DNA of 64,000 bases from Chloroflexota bacterium. Lineage in GTDB: Bacteria > Chloroflexota > Dehalococcoidia > Lucifugimonadales > UBA3495. Shown piece by piece: positions 42,096-51,990 of this stretch. Numbering within the stretch: position 1 is the first letter of the stretch; each line of letters opens with the position of its first letter. Location of the stretch: positions 29,204-93,203 of the forward strand of contig JAQBVF010000011.1 in NCBI GenBank assembly GCA_027623675.1, written 5' to 3'. Under the pieces are notes generated by a model. That model was not told where the DNA came from. It ran no database searches and saw only the letters and a program-made list of their open reading frames with translations. The position numbers and the translations under genes are program-made.

Positions 42096-42644
42096 TCACC
42101 GCTTGGGCAGCAAAGGCTGGGCCATCAAGAGTGAAGAGATGGTCTTGCCGTCGCAGATCTCACCGGTCTTGAACATGGCCACCGCCTCATCGAAGGGCAG
42201 TCGGACTACCTGAATGTTCTCGTCCTCGTCGCCGTCGAGGCGGGAGACGCGCAGTCCGGTGGCCAGATAGGCATGCATGAATTCTGTGGCCCACCCGGGA
42301 GCGACCCAAAAGCTGGACAGATGGACCAGCTTGTCGGCGGTGTAGCCAATCTCTTCCTGCAACTCCCGCAGCACCGCCTCCTCGGAAACCTCGCCGTCCT
42401 CGACGCCGCCGGCGGGCACCTCGAGCAGGGGAGACCCAATCGGAGTCCGGAACTGGCGCACCAGAAGCACATTGCCGTCTTCGTCCACCGGCACGATGCA
42501 CACGGCGTGAGAATGCTCAACGACCTCCCGCGTGGCGCTGTTGCCGTTGGGCATCTGAACGGTGTCCACCCGGACGTTGATTATCCTGCCCTCGTAGATG
42601 CGCTCGGAGCCGAGCGTTGTCTCAGTGAGTTGATCGTCTGTCAT
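42096..42644 (-). CDS. NUDIX hydrolase (ADP-ribose pyrophosphatase-like)
   Basis: Nudix box PAGGVEDGEVSEEAVLRELQEEIG; REVVEH; DGKT. Confidence 0.92.
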   Translation of the reverse strand: MTDDQLTETTLGSERIYEGRIINVRVDTVQMPNGNSATREVVEHSHAVCIVPVDEDGNVLLVRQFRTPIGSPLLEVPAGGVEDGEVSEEAVLRELQEEIGYTADKLVHLSSFWVAPGWATEFMHAYLATGLRVSRLDGDEDENIQVVRLPFDEAVAMFKTGEICDGKTISSLLMAQPLLPKR

Positions 42645-42646
42645 GT

Positions 42647-43498
42647 TTATTGACCCCGGATGCTGAAACCCAGTCGTCGGGTCAGCGTGCCAAAGAAGTA
42701 GCTGGGCGGATGTGACCGTAGGAAGCGCGCCTTGTGCGGACTCTGCTTCAACTGGACGCGGTCGCCCAGGTCTAAGGGGTAGTCCACGTAGCCGTCCACG
42801 CTCAGGATTGCCGGTTGGTAGCCCTCAAGGGTCAGGTTTACCTCGGAGGTGGACCGCAGCACTAAGGCGGCGCTGAGGCCCATATGGGCGGCCACCGTCT
42901 TCAACACCAAGGCGTCGGATTCGGGATCGAGGATCGGCCCCCCGACGGCCAGGTTGTAGCTGGTGCTGCCGGTTGCAGTGGACATGATCACGCCGTCGGC
43001 CCGAAACGTGGTCAAGGGAGCGCCGTCTATCACGCCGGCAACGGTCACCACCCGGGACACCGCCCCTCTGGTCAGCACCACGTCATTGAGGGCGTGGTAG
43101 GGGCCTTCGGAGCCCTTCCCGTTGGCCTTGAACACTGTGGCCTGCAACATGCTCCGTTCGTCGGTCCTGGGGCCGCCGTTTCCTCCATTGATGTAATAGG
43201 GCAGACGCGCCATCGCTTCGTCAACCTGCAACTCGGTCATGAAACCCAAGCGCCCCATGTTGATGCCCACGACGGGTATCCCGGCTGGTCCGGTGAAATT
43301 CACCGCCCTTAAGATGGTGCCATCACCACCCACCGTGATTACCAGATCGGTGTTTTCGGCCTTGGGCGTCAACGATCCAAGGTTTTCGGCGGGGGCCAGC
43401 CAGCTCTCCTGCGACAGGTTAAGGTCGTTGAGGATGGCGGTGCCCAGGTCCAAAGCCTCTGGCACCCGGGCGTTGTAGATGATGCCTACGTTTTTCAT
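42647..43498 (-). CDS. nadK: NAD kinase
   Basis: GGDGT, GINMGRLGF, ALND, ADG..STATGSTSYNL.VGGPI. Confidence 0.94.
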   Translation of the reverse strand: MKNVGIIYNARVPEALDLGTAILNDLNLSQESWLAPAENLGSLTPKAENTDLVITVGGDGTILRAVNFTGPAGIPVVGINMGRLGFMTELQVDEAMARLPYYINGGNGGPRTDERSMLQATVFKANGKGSEGPYHALNDVVLTRGAVSRVVTVAGVIDGAPLTTFRADGVIMSTATGSTSYNLAVGGPILDPESDALVLKTVAAHMGLSAALVLRSTSEVNLTLEGYQPAILSVDGYVDYPLDLGDRVQLKQSPHKARFLRSHPPSYFFGTLTRRLGFSIRGQ

Positions 43499-43637
43499 CT
43501 TCTTTATATTCGAAGCGTTTTAATTAGCCTGGCCGTAATTCGGGACTCTTTATTATGTAAACTATTCTATGCATCAGGCTCTGGGCAACGGGCCCTGATT
43601 GGGGACAGTTTAACCCAGACCGGCCTGCGGCGTGGGT

Positions 43638-45173
43638 TTAAACCAGCAGTGCCCGCACCGCTCCCCGGGCCGCCTCCATGACGAAGCCCGGCGCTACGCC
43701 GGTGAACAGCATGGCCGCTCCAGCCACCCCCAGGGCAAGCCAGGGGGCGGGAGGCGCGGTGATCTTGTCTTCGGAGGTTGCCGGCTGGGTGAACATCACC
43801 CGGATGATTCGGATGTAGTAGTAGGCCGAGACCACGCTGTTGATCACGCCCAGCAGGGCCAGCCAGGTGAGTCCGCTGTCCACCGCCGCGGTGAAGATGT
43901 ACAACTTGGCGATGAAGATGCCGGTGGGCGGGACACCGATCAGGGCCAGCAACGCGAGCGCCAGCACGATCGCCAGCATGGGCGACCTGGTGACCAGTCC
44001 GGCGTAATCGCTGATCTGGTCGCTCTTGATCTTGGAGCTGATGATGGTCAGGGCGAAGAAGGCCGTAAGGTTGGCCGCCGCATACGCCGCCAGGTAGAAC
44101 AGGACCGAGTCGGGACCGATGGCCGCGAACTCGGGTGCCCGGAACACGCCGTCGCCGGATTTCACGCCGGCCGCCACGCCCACCAGGATGTAGCCCGCGT
44201 GGGATATGGTGCTGTATCCGAACAAACGCCGGATGTTGCTCTGGCTGATGGCCACCAAGTTTCCAATGACCATTGAAGCCGCGGCGATCCCGGCGATGAG
44301 TATCCCCCAGTCCAGGGCGACATCGAAGAACCCGGTGAAGAACACCCGCAGCAACACGGCGAATCCCGCTGCCTTACTGGCCACCGACAGGAACCCAACC
44401 ACTGGGATGGGGCCGCCCTCATAAACATCGGGCACCCACATCTGGAAAGGGGCCGCCGAAAGCTTGAATCCGAACCCGGCGATCATAAGGATGATGCCAA
44501 CGAACAGGGCGTAGTTGCCAAAGGGCGTGTCGCCCGTTGCTTGGCCGATGGCAGCGGATATGTCGGCCAATTGGGTGCTGCCGGTGAAGGCAAACACCAA
44601 CGCCATTCCGTAGAGCATCAGAGCCGAGCTTATGGCGCCGATGATCAGGAACTTCATGGCCGCTTCGCTGGATCTTTTGTTCAACAGGAAGGCGGTCATC
44701 GCGGCCAGCGGCAGAGTGGTCAACTCCAACGCGATATAGATGGTGATCAACTCGGTGGCCGCCGCCAATAGCATCATGCCGGTCGCCGAGAACAGTATCA
44801 GCCCGAAATATTCGCCCTGGAATCGCTCCATGTTCCGCACGTATTCGGTGGAGGCCAACGCCACCAGAGCCGCCGCTCCGATGACCAGGAAGTTGAAATA
44901 CAGCGCGAACCGGTCAACGGACAAACTCCCCAGAAGGATGCTTGGTTCTTCACCGGAGAATGCCTCGGCGCCCCGCACCAGGTTGGCAGCCCCGCTCAGG
45001 TCGTAGAACTGGACCAGGCTCATCACAAAGGGCGCAACCAACGCCGCGAATGTCAGGTACGGCAGCAGGCCCTTCGCCCGGGCCGGCAACGCCAGGTCCA
45101 GCAAGATCACCAGAACGGCGGCCCCGGCCATGGCCAGATAGGGCGATATGACGTATAGATCGTGGACTGTCAT
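43638..45173 (-). CDS. nuoN: NADH-quinone oxidoreductase subunit N
   Basis: EAAMKF, FKLSAAPFQMWVPDVYEG, QSNIRRLFGYSTISHAGY. Confidence 0.95.
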   Translation of the reverse strand: MTVHDLYVISPYLAMAGAAVLVILLDLALPARAKGLLPYLTFAALVAPFVMSLVQFYDLSGAANLVRGAEAFSGEEPSILLGSLSVDRFALYFNFLVIGAAALVALASTEYVRNMERFQGEYFGLILFSATGMMLLAAATELITIYIALELTTLPLAAMTAFLLNKRSSEAAMKFLIIGAISSALMLYGMALVFAFTGSTQLADISAAIGQATGDTPFGNYALFVGIILMIAGFGFKLSAAPFQMWVPDVYEGGPIPVVGFLSVASKAAGFAVLLRVFFTGFFDVALDWGILIAGIAAASMVIGNLVAISQSNIRRLFGYSTISHAGYILVGVAAGVKSGDGVFRAPEFAAIGPDSVLFYLAAYAAANLTAFFALTIISSKIKSDQISDYAGLVTRSPMLAIVLALALLALIGVPPTGIFIAKLYIFTAAVDSGLTWLALLGVINSVVSAYYYIRIIRVMFTQPATSEDKITAPPAPWLALGVAGAAMLFTGVAPGFVMEAARGAVRALLV

Positions 45174-46705
45174 TATCTGTTGATTACCCCATTAAGAACG
45201 TCAACCATGGGGGCCAGTCCCGAATCGAAGACGTCGGTCAAGAGCGACGGCCAGATGCCGATGCCGATGATGGTCACCACCATCAACGCCAGCGGCGCCG
45301 CCTCCACCAGGGAGGCATCGGTCAGGTCGGCGAATCGCTCCCGCCGCACGCCAAAGAAGGTCCGTTCCATCATCCAGAGGATGTAACCGGCGGCCAGCAC
45401 GATGCCCAGCACCGCCAGCGCCGTGGGCCAGTCGTAGGCTTGGTAAGCGCCCAGGAAGACCAGCAACTCAGATACGAAACCGCTCAGCCCTGGCAGACCC
45501 AGCGAGGCCAACCCAGCTATCAGCATGGCCACCGCCACCACCGGCATCCGCCCGGCCAGCCCGCCAAGGTCCGGTATGTATCGCGTGTGGGTCTTCTCAT
45601 AGACCAGGCCTACCGCCAGGAACAGCAGCCCGGTGATGGTGCCGTGGGTGAACAACTGCATGGCGGCGCCGCTCAGTCCGGTTACGGTCAGCGCGCCTTG
45701 GGATATCCCCACCGAGCCGATGCCCACCAGCACCAGGCCCATGTGGCTGACGCTGGAGTAGGCAATCAATCGTTTCAGGTCGGTCTGCCGCATGGTGATC
45801 ACGGCGCCGTACAGCACGCTAACCACGCCCAAAGCCACCAACACCCAGGCGAACCGGTCGGTCTGGGTGGGGAACATGCCCACGTTGATGCGGAGCAGGC
45901 CGTAGCCGCCCATCTTTAGCAGCACGCCCGCCAGCATGACACTGGCCGCGGTGGGCGCGTCGGTGTGGGCATCGGGCAGCCAGGTGTGCACCGGCCAGGT
46001 GGGCAGCTTGATGGCGAACCCGGCGAAGAACAGCCAGAACAACCCCGGCAGGGGTATCAGCAGCCCGGCGGAGGTCAATATCGTGGCTTTGGTCGAAAGC
46101 TCCACCATATTGAACGTGCCCACGCCAGGAGTCAGGTAGACGGCGACGATGGCCACCAACATGAAGGCGCTGCCCAGGATGGTGAAGATCAGGAATTTCA
46201 TGGCCGAGTATTCTTTGCGCCCACTGCCCCAAACCGAGATCAACATGAACATGGGGACTAGCTCCAATTCCCAGAACAGGAAGAAGAGCAGAAGGTCCAT
46301 GGCGGTGAATACACCCATCACCGCGGTTTGCAGCACCAGCAGCCAAACGAAAAACTCTTTGACCCGCAGGCCGACATGCCAGGACGCCAGGATGGCGCAC
46401 ATCCCCAGCAGCCCGGTCAGCGCGACCAGAGGCGCGCTGAGGCCATCGACGGTCAGCAGGAATGCGGCATTCAGACCGCTGTCCGGTATCCAGGCGAATC
46501 GGTCGACGAACTGGAAACGGTCCGCTCCCGCGCTCCGGTCGAAGAGGGCGAATACGGCCAGCGACAACACCAGGTCGGCCAGACCGATCAAGACCGCGAA
46601 GTTCCGCACGTTCTTGTCGCCCTTGACCAGCAACAGCAATACCAATGCGCCCGCCGCAGGCAGGAACACCGTCGCCGTTAATAGTCCGTTGTATCCTTCG
46701 ACCAT
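45173..46705 (-). CDS. nuoM: NADH-quinone oxidoreductase subunit M
   Basis: FFLFWE, HTWLPDAHTDAPT, LLKMGGYG, DLKRLIAYSSVSHMG. Confidence 0.95.
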   Translation of the reverse strand: MVEGYNGLLTATVFLPAAGALVLLLLVKGDKNVRNFAVLIGLADLVLSLAVFALFDRSAGADRFQFVDRFAWIPDSGLNAAFLLTVDGLSAPLVALTGLLGMCAILASWHVGLRVKEFFVWLLVLQTAVMGVFTAMDLLLFFLFWELELVPMFMLISVWGSGRKEYSAMKFLIFTILGSAFMLVAIVAVYLTPGVGTFNMVELSTKATILTSAGLLIPLPGLFWLFFAGFAIKLPTWPVHTWLPDAHTDAPTAASVMLAGVLLKMGGYGLLRINVGMFPTQTDRFAWVLVALGVVSVLYGAVITMRQTDLKRLIAYSSVSHMGLVLVGIGSVGISQGALTVTGLSGAAMQLFTHGTITGLLFLAVGLVYEKTHTRYIPDLGGLAGRMPVVAVAMLIAGLASLGLPGLSGFVSELLVFLGAYQAYDWPTALAVLGIVLAAGYILWMMERTFFGVRRERFADLTDASLVEAAPLALMVVTIIGIGIWPSLLTDVFDSGLAPMVDVLNGVINR

Positions 46706-46717
46706 TAAGTTAAATCC

Positions 46718-48760
46718 CTATGCCAGCAGCAGGGCCAAGATGATGGCCAAGATACCGAACGTTATGCCCGTGGCGTAAGCCTGCACCTGCCCGGTCTGGA
46801 ATTTGCCCAAGGCCGTGCCGATGTTCCGGAAGAACCAACCGATCAGGTCCACCGTGCCGTCCACCAGATTTCGGTCCACCCAGTCCAGTGTGCCGGCGAT
46901 GATCCGGAAGAAGCTCTTCCGCACCGCCACGTCTTCGTAGAGGGTATCGATGTAATACTTCTGTGCGGCCAGGGTATGCAACCGCCCTGCCTGCTCCAGC
47001 GGGTCAACCGCCTGGTCCCGGCGGCGCAGGTAGACGAACAGCGCCAGCCCGATGCCCGAGAGGGCCGCGGCGGTGGATACGGCGGCCATGGGCCAACTGA
47101 ACTCCAACGTTGCCACATGACCGGCCTGACCCAACGCCTTGCCCAGCCCGTCGCCCAGGAACCCGGTGATCCAGTGCTTGGGTATGCCGATCTCTTCGTC
47201 CCACTGAGGGTTGCCCAGGTAGCCCAGGACCACCGCCGCGATTCCCAGCACGGCCATGGGCAGCACCATGCTGAAGGGCGACTCGCCCAGATGCACGCCA
47301 CCGTGGGCGTCGTGGCTGGCCCCCGCGGGAGCCGTCTCGCCCTTATCTTCAAGCTCTTTTTCGATACCGCCCCGGAACTCGCCGTGGAAGGTCATGATGA
47401 TCATCCGGATGGTGTAGAACGCCGTCGCCACCACACCGGCGATCAGCGCCGCGAAAGTGATCTTATTAACCCAGGTGTCTACCAGTCCCGTGCCGTCCCA
47501 GGCGCCAAGCAGGATCTCGTCCTTACTCCAGAACCCGGCCAGGGGAATGATGCCCACCAGGCTCAACCCCGCCACCAAGACCAGCACGTAGGTTACCGGC
47601 ATGTGCTTTCGCAGTCCGCCCATGTAGCGCATGTCGAAGGTGCCCGTGGCGTGGTTAACGCTGCCGGCGCCCATGAATAGCAGCGCCTTGAACGCGGCGT
47701 GGGTCACCAGGTGGAAGATGGCCGGGGCGTACAGCCCCAGGCCCAACGCCGCCATCATGTAGCCCAATTGACTGATCGTCGAGTAAGCCATGACCCGCTT
47801 GATATCGTTCATCACCAGGCCCATGGACGCGGCAAAGATGGCGGTGAATGCGCCGACCAGGGCCACCACCGTCATCGCATCGATCGAATGTTGAAAGACC
47901 GGGAAGAACCGCGCCACCAGGAACACGCCGGCCGCGACCATGGTTGCCGCGTGAATCAGGGCGCTGACCGGGGTCGGACCTTCCATCGCGTCGGGCAGCC
48001 AGGCGTGGAGCGGGAACTGTCCCGACTTGCCCACCGCGCCGGCGAAGATGCCCAGGGCCAGCCAGGTCAAGACCGCGCCGCCCAGCAACGCTCCGGCGGC
48101 TGCCTCGGGTTGGGCCGCCTGCCAGATGTCCGGGATGTGGAAGGCGTTCAGTCCCGCCGCTGCAAAGTTATCGGCCTGGGTGAACAGGTAAAGGATGGCG
48201 ATCAAGAATCCCACGTCGCCGATGCGGGTGATGATGAAGGCCTTCTTGGCTGCGGCCGCCGCGGATGGCCGCTCGTGCCAGAACCCGATCAGCAGGTACG
48301 ACGACACACCCACCAACTCCCAGAAGACGTAGAGCTGGATGATGTTGGAGGCCAGCACCAGCCCCAGCATGGCGGCGGTGAACAGGGACATGTAGGCGTA
48401 GTAGCGGGCGAAACTTGGGTCGCCCTTCATGTAGCCCAGAGAGTAGATCTGCACCAGCAGACTTACGGAGGTGACCACCACCAGCATGACAGCGGTGAGC
48501 GGGTCAACAAGCAATCCCATATCAATGGTCGCGCTTCCGACCTCCAGCCATTCCAACGGCACGAATCGCAGGTCGTGGCCCTGGGCCACCGACCGCAGGG
48601 TCCAGATGGAGAAGCCCAATGCCGTGCCAAGCGCGGCAATGGTGGCGTAACCCGCGATCAGTGAATAGCGATTGAAGAACGGCCTGATCACCAATGCGAT
48701 AAGCGCAAAGGAGCCCAAAGGCAGCAGGAAGATCGACCATATGACAGCTTGGCTAACCAT
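46718..48760 (-). CDS. nuoL: NADH-quinone oxidoreductase subunit L
   Basis: WELVG, GKSGQFPLHAWLPDAMEGPTPVSALIHAATMV, HAAFKALLF. Confidence 0.96.
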   Translation of the reverse strand: MVSQAVIWSIFLLPLGSFALIALVIRPFFNRYSLIAGYATIAALGTALGFSIWTLRSVAQGHDLRFVPLEWLEVGSATIDMGLLVDPLTAVMLVVVTSVSLLVQIYSLGYMKGDPSFARYYAYMSLFTAAMLGLVLASNIIQLYVFWELVGVSSYLLIGFWHERPSAAAAAKKAFIITRIGDVGFLIAILYLFTQADNFAAAGLNAFHIPDIWQAAQPEAAAGALLGGAVLTWLALGIFAGAVGKSGQFPLHAWLPDAMEGPTPVSALIHAATMVAAGVFLVARFFPVFQHSIDAMTVVALVGAFTAIFAASMGLVMNDIKRVMAYSTISQLGYMMAALGLGLYAPAIFHLVTHAAFKALLFMGAGSVNHATGTFDMRYMGGLRKHMPVTYVLVLVAGLSLVGIIPLAGFWSKDEILLGAWDGTGLVDTWVNKITFAALIAGVVATAFYTIRMIIMTFHGEFRGGIEKELEDKGETAPAGASHDAHGGVHLGESPFSMVLPMAVLGIAAVVLGYLGNPQWDEEIGIPKHWITGFLGDGLGKALGQAGHVATLEFSWPMAAVSTAAALSGIGLALFVYLRRRDQAVDPLEQAGRLHTLAAQKYYIDTLYEDVAVRKSFFRIIAGTLDWVDRNLVDGTVDLIGWFFRNIGTALGKFQTGQVQAYATGITFGILAIILALLLA

Positions 48761-48839
48761 CTAAAGGTTACTCAGCAACTCCCCGGTGAAGTTTCCATCT
48801 CTTGAGCCATATCCGTTGATTGACATCTACAGATTCTAT

Positions 48840-48878
48840 CTATAACTTCCGGCTATAACTTCCGGCTATAATTTCCGG
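48840..48878. repeat. 13-bp triplication of the terminal codons plus stop of the 48866-49060 gene
   Basis: ctataacttccgg x2 followed by ctataatttccgg (contains the TAG stop on the minus strand). Confidence 0.9.
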
Positions 48879-49060
48879 AGTATCTCTTCGGCGACGTGTT
48901 CCCGGCCCTTGGGCACGTAGATGTTGAACGGGACCTGCTCGGCCCAGTCCAAGATGTCGCCCTCCGGCAGGATGCGCGCCGGCAGGCCCTCTCCTTCGAG
49001 GACCTCCTTCCACATCTCGGCCAGCATCAAGTTTGGCGCTTTTTTGAATTCAACCCACAT
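48866..49060 (-). CDS. Small 64-aa protein, DUF2007-like (putative PII-like signal transducer)
   Basis: APNLMLAEMWKEVLEGEGLPARI...IYVP....AEEIL pattern; co-oriented inside the nuo operon. Confidence 0.75.
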   Translation of the reverse strand: MWVEFKKAPNLMLAEMWKEVLEGEGLPARILPEGDILDWAEQVPFNIYVPKGREHVAEEILRKL

Positions 49061-49087
49061 ACGATTTCTCTTGAGGCTAATGCCTCG

Positions 49088-49126
49088 TTCCGTGCTTTAG
49101 TTCAGTGCTTTAGTTCAGTGCTTTAG
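49088..49126. repeat. 13-bp triplication of the nuoK terminal codons plus stop
   Basis: ttccgtgctttag ttcagtgctttag ttcagtgctttag. Confidence 0.9.
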
Positions 49127-49444
49127 CTCGGTGGCCTCGGTCAGGTCCACCGTTTCGTTGGTCCGGTACATGGCAAACACGATGCCCAAGCCAAGGGCAA
49201 TCTCGGCGGCGGCCACCGTGATGATGAACACGGCGAAAACCTGCCCGGTGAGCACGGAGCTTATGTCGTCATGCAGCGCCGCCGGAGCCAGGTATTTGGA
49301 GATGGCCACCAGCGTTACGTTGACCCCGTTGAACATCAGCTCGATAGACATCAGCACCGCCAGCACGTTACGCCGCGCCAGAGAGCCGTAGAGCCCGATG
49401 CAGAACAATATCGCCGAGACGATCAGAAAGGCTTCAAACGACAT
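49115..49444 (-). CDS. nuoK: NADH-quinone oxidoreductase subunit K
   Basis: LMSIELMFN, GQVFAVFIITVAAAE. Confidence 0.95.
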   Translation of the reverse strand: MSFEAFLIVSAILFCIGLYGSLARRNVLAVLMSIELMFNGVNVTLVAISKYLAPAALHDDISSVLTGQVFAVFIITVAAAEIALGLGIVFAMYRTNETVDLTEATELKH

Positions 49445-49450
49445 CTACCG

Positions 49451-50044
49451 CTAGCCCCTCCTCGATCCCGGACTGGGCCGCACCAGCGCCAGCGCGCCGA
49501 TCAGCGCCGCCAGCAGCAGCACCGAAACGGCCTCGAAGGGCAGCACGAAATCGCCGATCAGCAGGTCGGCCAACCCAGCTTTTTGCACCTCTGGCTGGTC
49601 TTCAACGGCCACGCCCGACTCGGTCAGCAAGTCGCCGGTCAAAGTTGTCACCGCGCCGGTCTGCACCAGGTCCACCCGCTCCTGCTGCTCGGCGGGCAGG
49701 AAGTTCCACTCGGTATCCACCGCTACGGTGACAAGGGTGGCCAGCAGCAACGTGGCGAAAACAACCGCCGGGATCTGTAGCCGGTTCGGCAGGTTGCCAT
49801 GTTTGACGTCGCGGGTCAGCATGACGGCGAAGATGATCAGGATGGCGATGGCGCCCACGTAGATCAGCACCTGGACCACCGCCAGGAACTCGGCGCTGAG
49901 CAGGATGAAGAACCCGGCCACGGCGACGAAAACCACCGCCAGCAGCAGGGCGGCGCGGAACAGGTCCGGCACCAGCACCACGCCCAAGGCGGCGCCCACG
50001 GCCATCACGGACAATATCCAGAAGACTATGTCCTGGAACAGCAT
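49451..50044 (-). CDS. nuoJ: NADH-quinone oxidoreductase subunit J
   Basis: AEFLAVVQVLIYVGAI, PFEAVSVLLLAALIGA. Confidence 0.94.
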   Translation of the reverse strand: MLFQDIVFWILSVMAVGAALGVVLVPDLFRAALLLAVVFVAVAGFFILLSAEFLAVVQVLIYVGAIAILIIFAVMLTRDVKHGNLPNRLQIPAVVFATLLLATLVTVAVDTEWNFLPAEQQERVDLVQTGAVTTLTGDLLTESGVAVEDQPEVQKAGLADLLIGDFVLPFEAVSVLLLAALIGALALVRPSPGSRRG

Positions 50045-50710
50045 CTACTCGGCGTCCCCTGCGGGAGCCGGCCCGTCGGTTGCCTTCGGCTCGGGCACGC
50101 TGTCTTCCACGAATGACGAGTCCACCCGCGGCCCGTCGGCCAGCAGGTCTGATGGCACGGGCCGGGCGATCTTCATGCCGGCCTTCTCCCTCTCGTGCCA
50201 CTGCCAAGACTCGCGGCCAACCTCCTGCCAATCCAGCGGACGGCCTCCCTGGGGGTCGTAGCCGGCGTCCTCAAGTTGGGGCCGGAAGAATGCGCTGGGG
50301 CGTTTGTCGGCGTTGCGCAGTTGGTCGATGTCGATGACCATCCCCTTCCGGGAATATTGGCCCTGCTCGAAACCGCTGCCCATGAACAGCGCGTCATAAG
50401 GACAGGCCTCCACGCACAACCCGCAGAACATACAGCGTTCTATCGAGATGTCGAACAGCTCCAACTTGTACTTGTCGCCCTGGGCCGGAGCGGTCTCGCT
50501 GGGCGTGGTGACGATCTTGATGATGCCCAGCGGGCAGTACTTGGCGCACGACGCGCACCCGGTGCAGCGCTCCTCGTACCAGACGAACTCCTCGCCCCGG
50601 AACCGGGGGTGCTGTTTCAGCCGTTCTTCGGGATACTGGACGGTGAACGGTTTCTTGGTCAGGTTCTTGAGTGTTACCAACAGGCCCTTCGCCATGGCGA
50701 TGCCGTACAT
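50045..50710 (-). CDS. nuoI: NADH-quinone oxidoreductase subunit I with C-terminal extension
   Basis: TVQYPEE, CTGCASCAKYCP, CMFCGLCVEACP; GGAGG RBS before ATG 50710. Confidence 0.93.
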   Translation of the reverse strand: MYGIAMAKGLLVTLKNLTKKPFTVQYPEERLKQHPRFRGEEFVWYEERCTGCASCAKYCPLGIIKIVTTPSETAPAQGDKYKLELFDISIERCMFCGLCVEACPYDALFMGSGFEQGQYSRKGMVIDIDQLRNADKRPSAFFRPQLEDAGYDPQGGRPLDWQEVGRESWQWHEREKAGMKIARPVPSDLLADGPRVDSSFVEDSVPEPKATDGPAPAGDAE

Positions 50711-50711
50711 A

Positions 50712-51923
50712 TCAACCAACCTCCGGAGAGGACAGACTAGCCGCGGTGAGGGATTTCGCCGGGCGGACCTTATCTTGGATCAGGGTCCCAAAGGTCAGCA
50801 GGCAGGCGAAGGCGACGCCAAAGTTTATGCCGGCCATGAGCCACAGATCGTTGGTGGTCAGCATCCCGGCGTCGTTACGCAGGAAGTAGACCTCGAGCGC
50901 GGTGGCAAACAGGTTGATGATGCTGAGAGGCAGCAGGAACTTCCAGGCGAAGGCCAAGAGCTGGTCGATGCGCAGCCGAGGGAACGTGGCCCGGACCCAA
51001 CTGAAGATGAAGGCCAATACCCCGATCTTCAGCAGGAACCAAGCCCAGCCCAGGTAGTCGGAGAATGGGCCGGACCAGCCGCTCAGGAACAAAGTGACCA
51101 TCACGGCCGAGGAAGTCAGGACCGCGCCAAACTCGGTGGCCTGGATCAGGGCGAATTTAACCCCGCTGTATTCGATGTGGTAACCGGCGATGATCTCCGA
51201 CTCGGCCTCGGCCAGGTCGAAGGGCGTGCGGTTCAGTTCCGCCGATGTACCGGCCAGAAACACGAAGAATGCCATGGGCTGCACCAACAGGAAGGGCACA
51301 GTCTGGGCGGAGACGATATCATCCAGCGCCATGGACCCGGCCACCAGCACCACGCCTAGCAGCGACATCACCACCGGCACTTCGTAGCTGATCAGCACTG
51401 CCACGCCCCGGGACGCGCCGAACAGGGCGTAGCGGTTGTCGGAAGCCCAACCGGCCATGAAGATGGCGATGGACGTGATGGAGGTTACGGCCAGGACGTA
51501 CAGCACTCCCACGTTCAGGTTGGCCAGGGCCGTGTCCTTGGCGAACGGCACCACGGCCATCATCAGCACCACCGGGGCCATCATGGCCACCGGCACGATG
51601 GTGAAGACGATGCGGTCGGCGCCTCTTGGGACCAGGTCTTCTTTGAACAGCAACTTGAACAGGTCCGCCATGGGCTGGAGGGCGCCGAATGGTCCCCAGC
51701 GATTGGGTCCCACCCGGTTTTGGAACCGGCCGATGAGCCGCCGCTCCAACCACGAGAAACCGCCAGCGCCCAGCAGAACGCCGTTCACCAGCAGCAGCAT
51801 GATCGCGATGCCGGCAACGGCATAGGACAGCCCACAGGGCAGCAACTGGCCAACCCACTCGTATATCACCCGGAACAAGAGGGTATCGTGCAGTATGTTG
51901 TCTGGGGCTAAAACGCAGTCCAT
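50712..51923 (-). CDS. nuoH: NADH-quinone oxidoreductase subunit H
   Basis: ERR..GRFQNRVGPN, ISYE, PFDLAEAESE, RATFPRLRIDQL. Confidence 0.96.
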   Translation of the reverse strand: MDCVLAPDNILHDTLLFRVIYEWVGQLLPCGLSYAVAGIAIMLLLVNGVLLGAGGFSWLERRLIGRFQNRVGPNRWGPFGALQPMADLFKLLFKEDLVPRGADRIVFTIVPVAMMAPVVLMMAVVPFAKDTALANLNVGVLYVLAVTSITSIAIFMAGWASDNRYALFGASRGVAVLISYEVPVVMSLLGVVLVAGSMALDDIVSAQTVPFLLVQPMAFFVFLAGTSAELNRTPFDLAEAESEIIAGYHIEYSGVKFALIQATEFGAVLTSSAVMVTLFLSGWSGPFSDYLGWAWFLLKIGVLAFIFSWVRATFPRLRIDQLLAFAWKFLLPLSIINLFATALEVYFLRNDAGMLTTNDLWLMAGINFGVAFACLLTFGTLIQDKVRPAKSLTAASLSSPEVG

Positions 51924-51990
51924 CAGACCACTTCATCCATCAGAAAGAAAAGGTTACGCAGCGTGAAGGCGGGTAGAACGTGAACGCGGT

